Positions 63,206 through 64,000 of a stretch of 64,000 nt of DNA are shown here, piece after piece. The notes under the pieces are model-generated. The model was not told the DNA's origin, made no database searches, and saw nothing but the letters and a program-made list of their open reading frames with translations. How positions within the stretch are numbered: position 1 is the stretch's first letter; every line of letters begins with the position of its first letter. This stretch comes from a virus: the IMG/VR virus record IMGVR_UViG_3300033998_000198, positions 1 through 64,000 of that record. One strand, 5' to 3'. The translations under genes were made by a program, and so were the position numbers.

Positions 63206-63586
63206 GTGAGTTTAAAAGAATTCATTCAAAAAGAGATTGTTCAACCACAACTCGATAATTACCATCAACCTGTCAAAGCTAAAGTATTAGGCTACAATGA
63301 AGTCATGAACCGTGCGACGATCCAGTACAAGGATTCATTTCAGCCGAACGGTTATACAGTATTAAGTGATGTGCCAGTCCAGTTAGGTTCCGGCGGGGTT
63401 CATTCCGCCGGACCATTCTACGGGGACGAGGTATGGGTAACTTTCCTTGGAGGAGATGTTAAGCGACCAACAATTGTTGCTCTTGTTGATGAAGGTTATG
63501 CACAAAGAACAAGAGCTCAAAGATATAAACATTCACGAAAGGGATCTTATATTGCAGATTCCATATGTGGCAGGGAGGATTGGTGA
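63206..63586 (+). CDS. Baseplate spike/gp5-like N-terminal OB-fold protein
   Basis: 'KAKVLGYNEVMNRATIQY...LSDVPV...GPFYGDEVWVTFLGGD..RPTIV'; follows the hub gene. Confidence 0.6.
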   Translation: MSLKEFIQKEIVQPQLDNYHQPVKAKVLGYNEVMNRATIQYKDSFQPNGYTVLSDVPVQLGSGGVHSAGPFYGDEVWVTFLGGDVKRPTIVALVDEGYAQRTRAQRYKHSRKGSYIADSICGREDW

Positions 63587-63587
63587 T

Positions 63588-64000
63588 ATGGGTGTGTACA
63601 AGTCAAGTAATACAATTCCAGGAACAAGTGACTGGTTGCAACCATCCAGCAACTTAATTCGTGGAAAGGACGATAATCCTTTAGCCGATCTTGACGCAAA
63701 GACTTCCTGGATTGGCCACCATTCACAATCAGAACCCGGTCTTGTCCATCCTTTTACAACATCTGTTGTAAAAATGAGGGATAATGGAATGATTGATATA
63801 TTTGTATCAACAAACCAAGGAATCAGGGTAGATCCAAACACACGTTCTATTACAATTATGGTTGACAACACAAAGATTAGAACACATGATTACAGAGCGT
63901 GGGTTGAGAATCACAGCATCACAAACGTAAGAAAGAACTTTGAAGCCAATGCTGATGTTAATATTAACCTTAATGCAAAGAAGGATATTAACATGAAGGC
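63588..64000 (+). CDS. Baseplate spike-like beta-helix protein (runs off the window end; absent from the ORF track)
   Basis: ATG63588 behind AGGGAGG is open to base 64000: MGVYKSSNTIPG...PGLVHPFTTSVVKMRDNGMIDIF...NADVNINLNAKKDINMK. Confidence 0.55.
   Translation, partial: MGVYKSSNTIPGTSDWLQPSSNLIRGKDDNPLADLDAKTSWIGHHSQSEPGLVHPFTTSVVKMRDNGMIDIFVSTNQGIRVDPNTRSITIMVDNTKIRTHDYRAWVENHSITNVRKNFEANADVNINLNAKKDINMK

Noticed and set aside
32280-63586. Extracellular contractile injection system (Afp/PVC-like), suggested by two sheaths, several tubes and LysM
   Set aside because: Portal, prohead protease and major capsid genes are in the same operon, so this is a phage virion module.
1-64000. tRNA, rRNA, integrase or transposase genes
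   Set aside because: Intergenic gaps are too short for RNA genes and no recombinase motifs were seen, so prophage versus free phage cannot be decided from this window.

Overview
The whole window is a gene-dense, single-strand (+) virion morphogenesis operon of a large contractile-tailed phage (myovirus) or prophage. Strong AGGAGG/GGGGG Shine-Dalgarno sites, ~40% GC by eye and Clostridia-type surface domains point to a Firmicutes, probably clostridial, host. Gene order: holin-like gene, portal, prohead protease/scaffold, head proteins, major capsid protein, ~24 kb of fibre/appendage genes with an embedded U32-family gene, neck, two sheath genes, three tail-tube paralogues, two tail chaperones, two giant proteins in the tape-measure position, a dual-lysin hub and the start of the baseplate spike. 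The main discovery is the 2964-aa protein (48629-57523). It carries, in rpoB-then-rpoC order, the diagnostic motifs of a two-barrel (double-psi beta-barrel) RNA polymerase in one chain, with a NADIDAD catalytic loop and an intact N-terminal DEDDh 3'-5' exonuclease. Its upstream neighbour (1863 aa) carries an intact PD-(D/E)XK nuclease and a degenerate SNase fold. Together they suggest enzymes packaged in the virion and ejected through the tail. All assignments come from motif recognition by eye; no searches were run.
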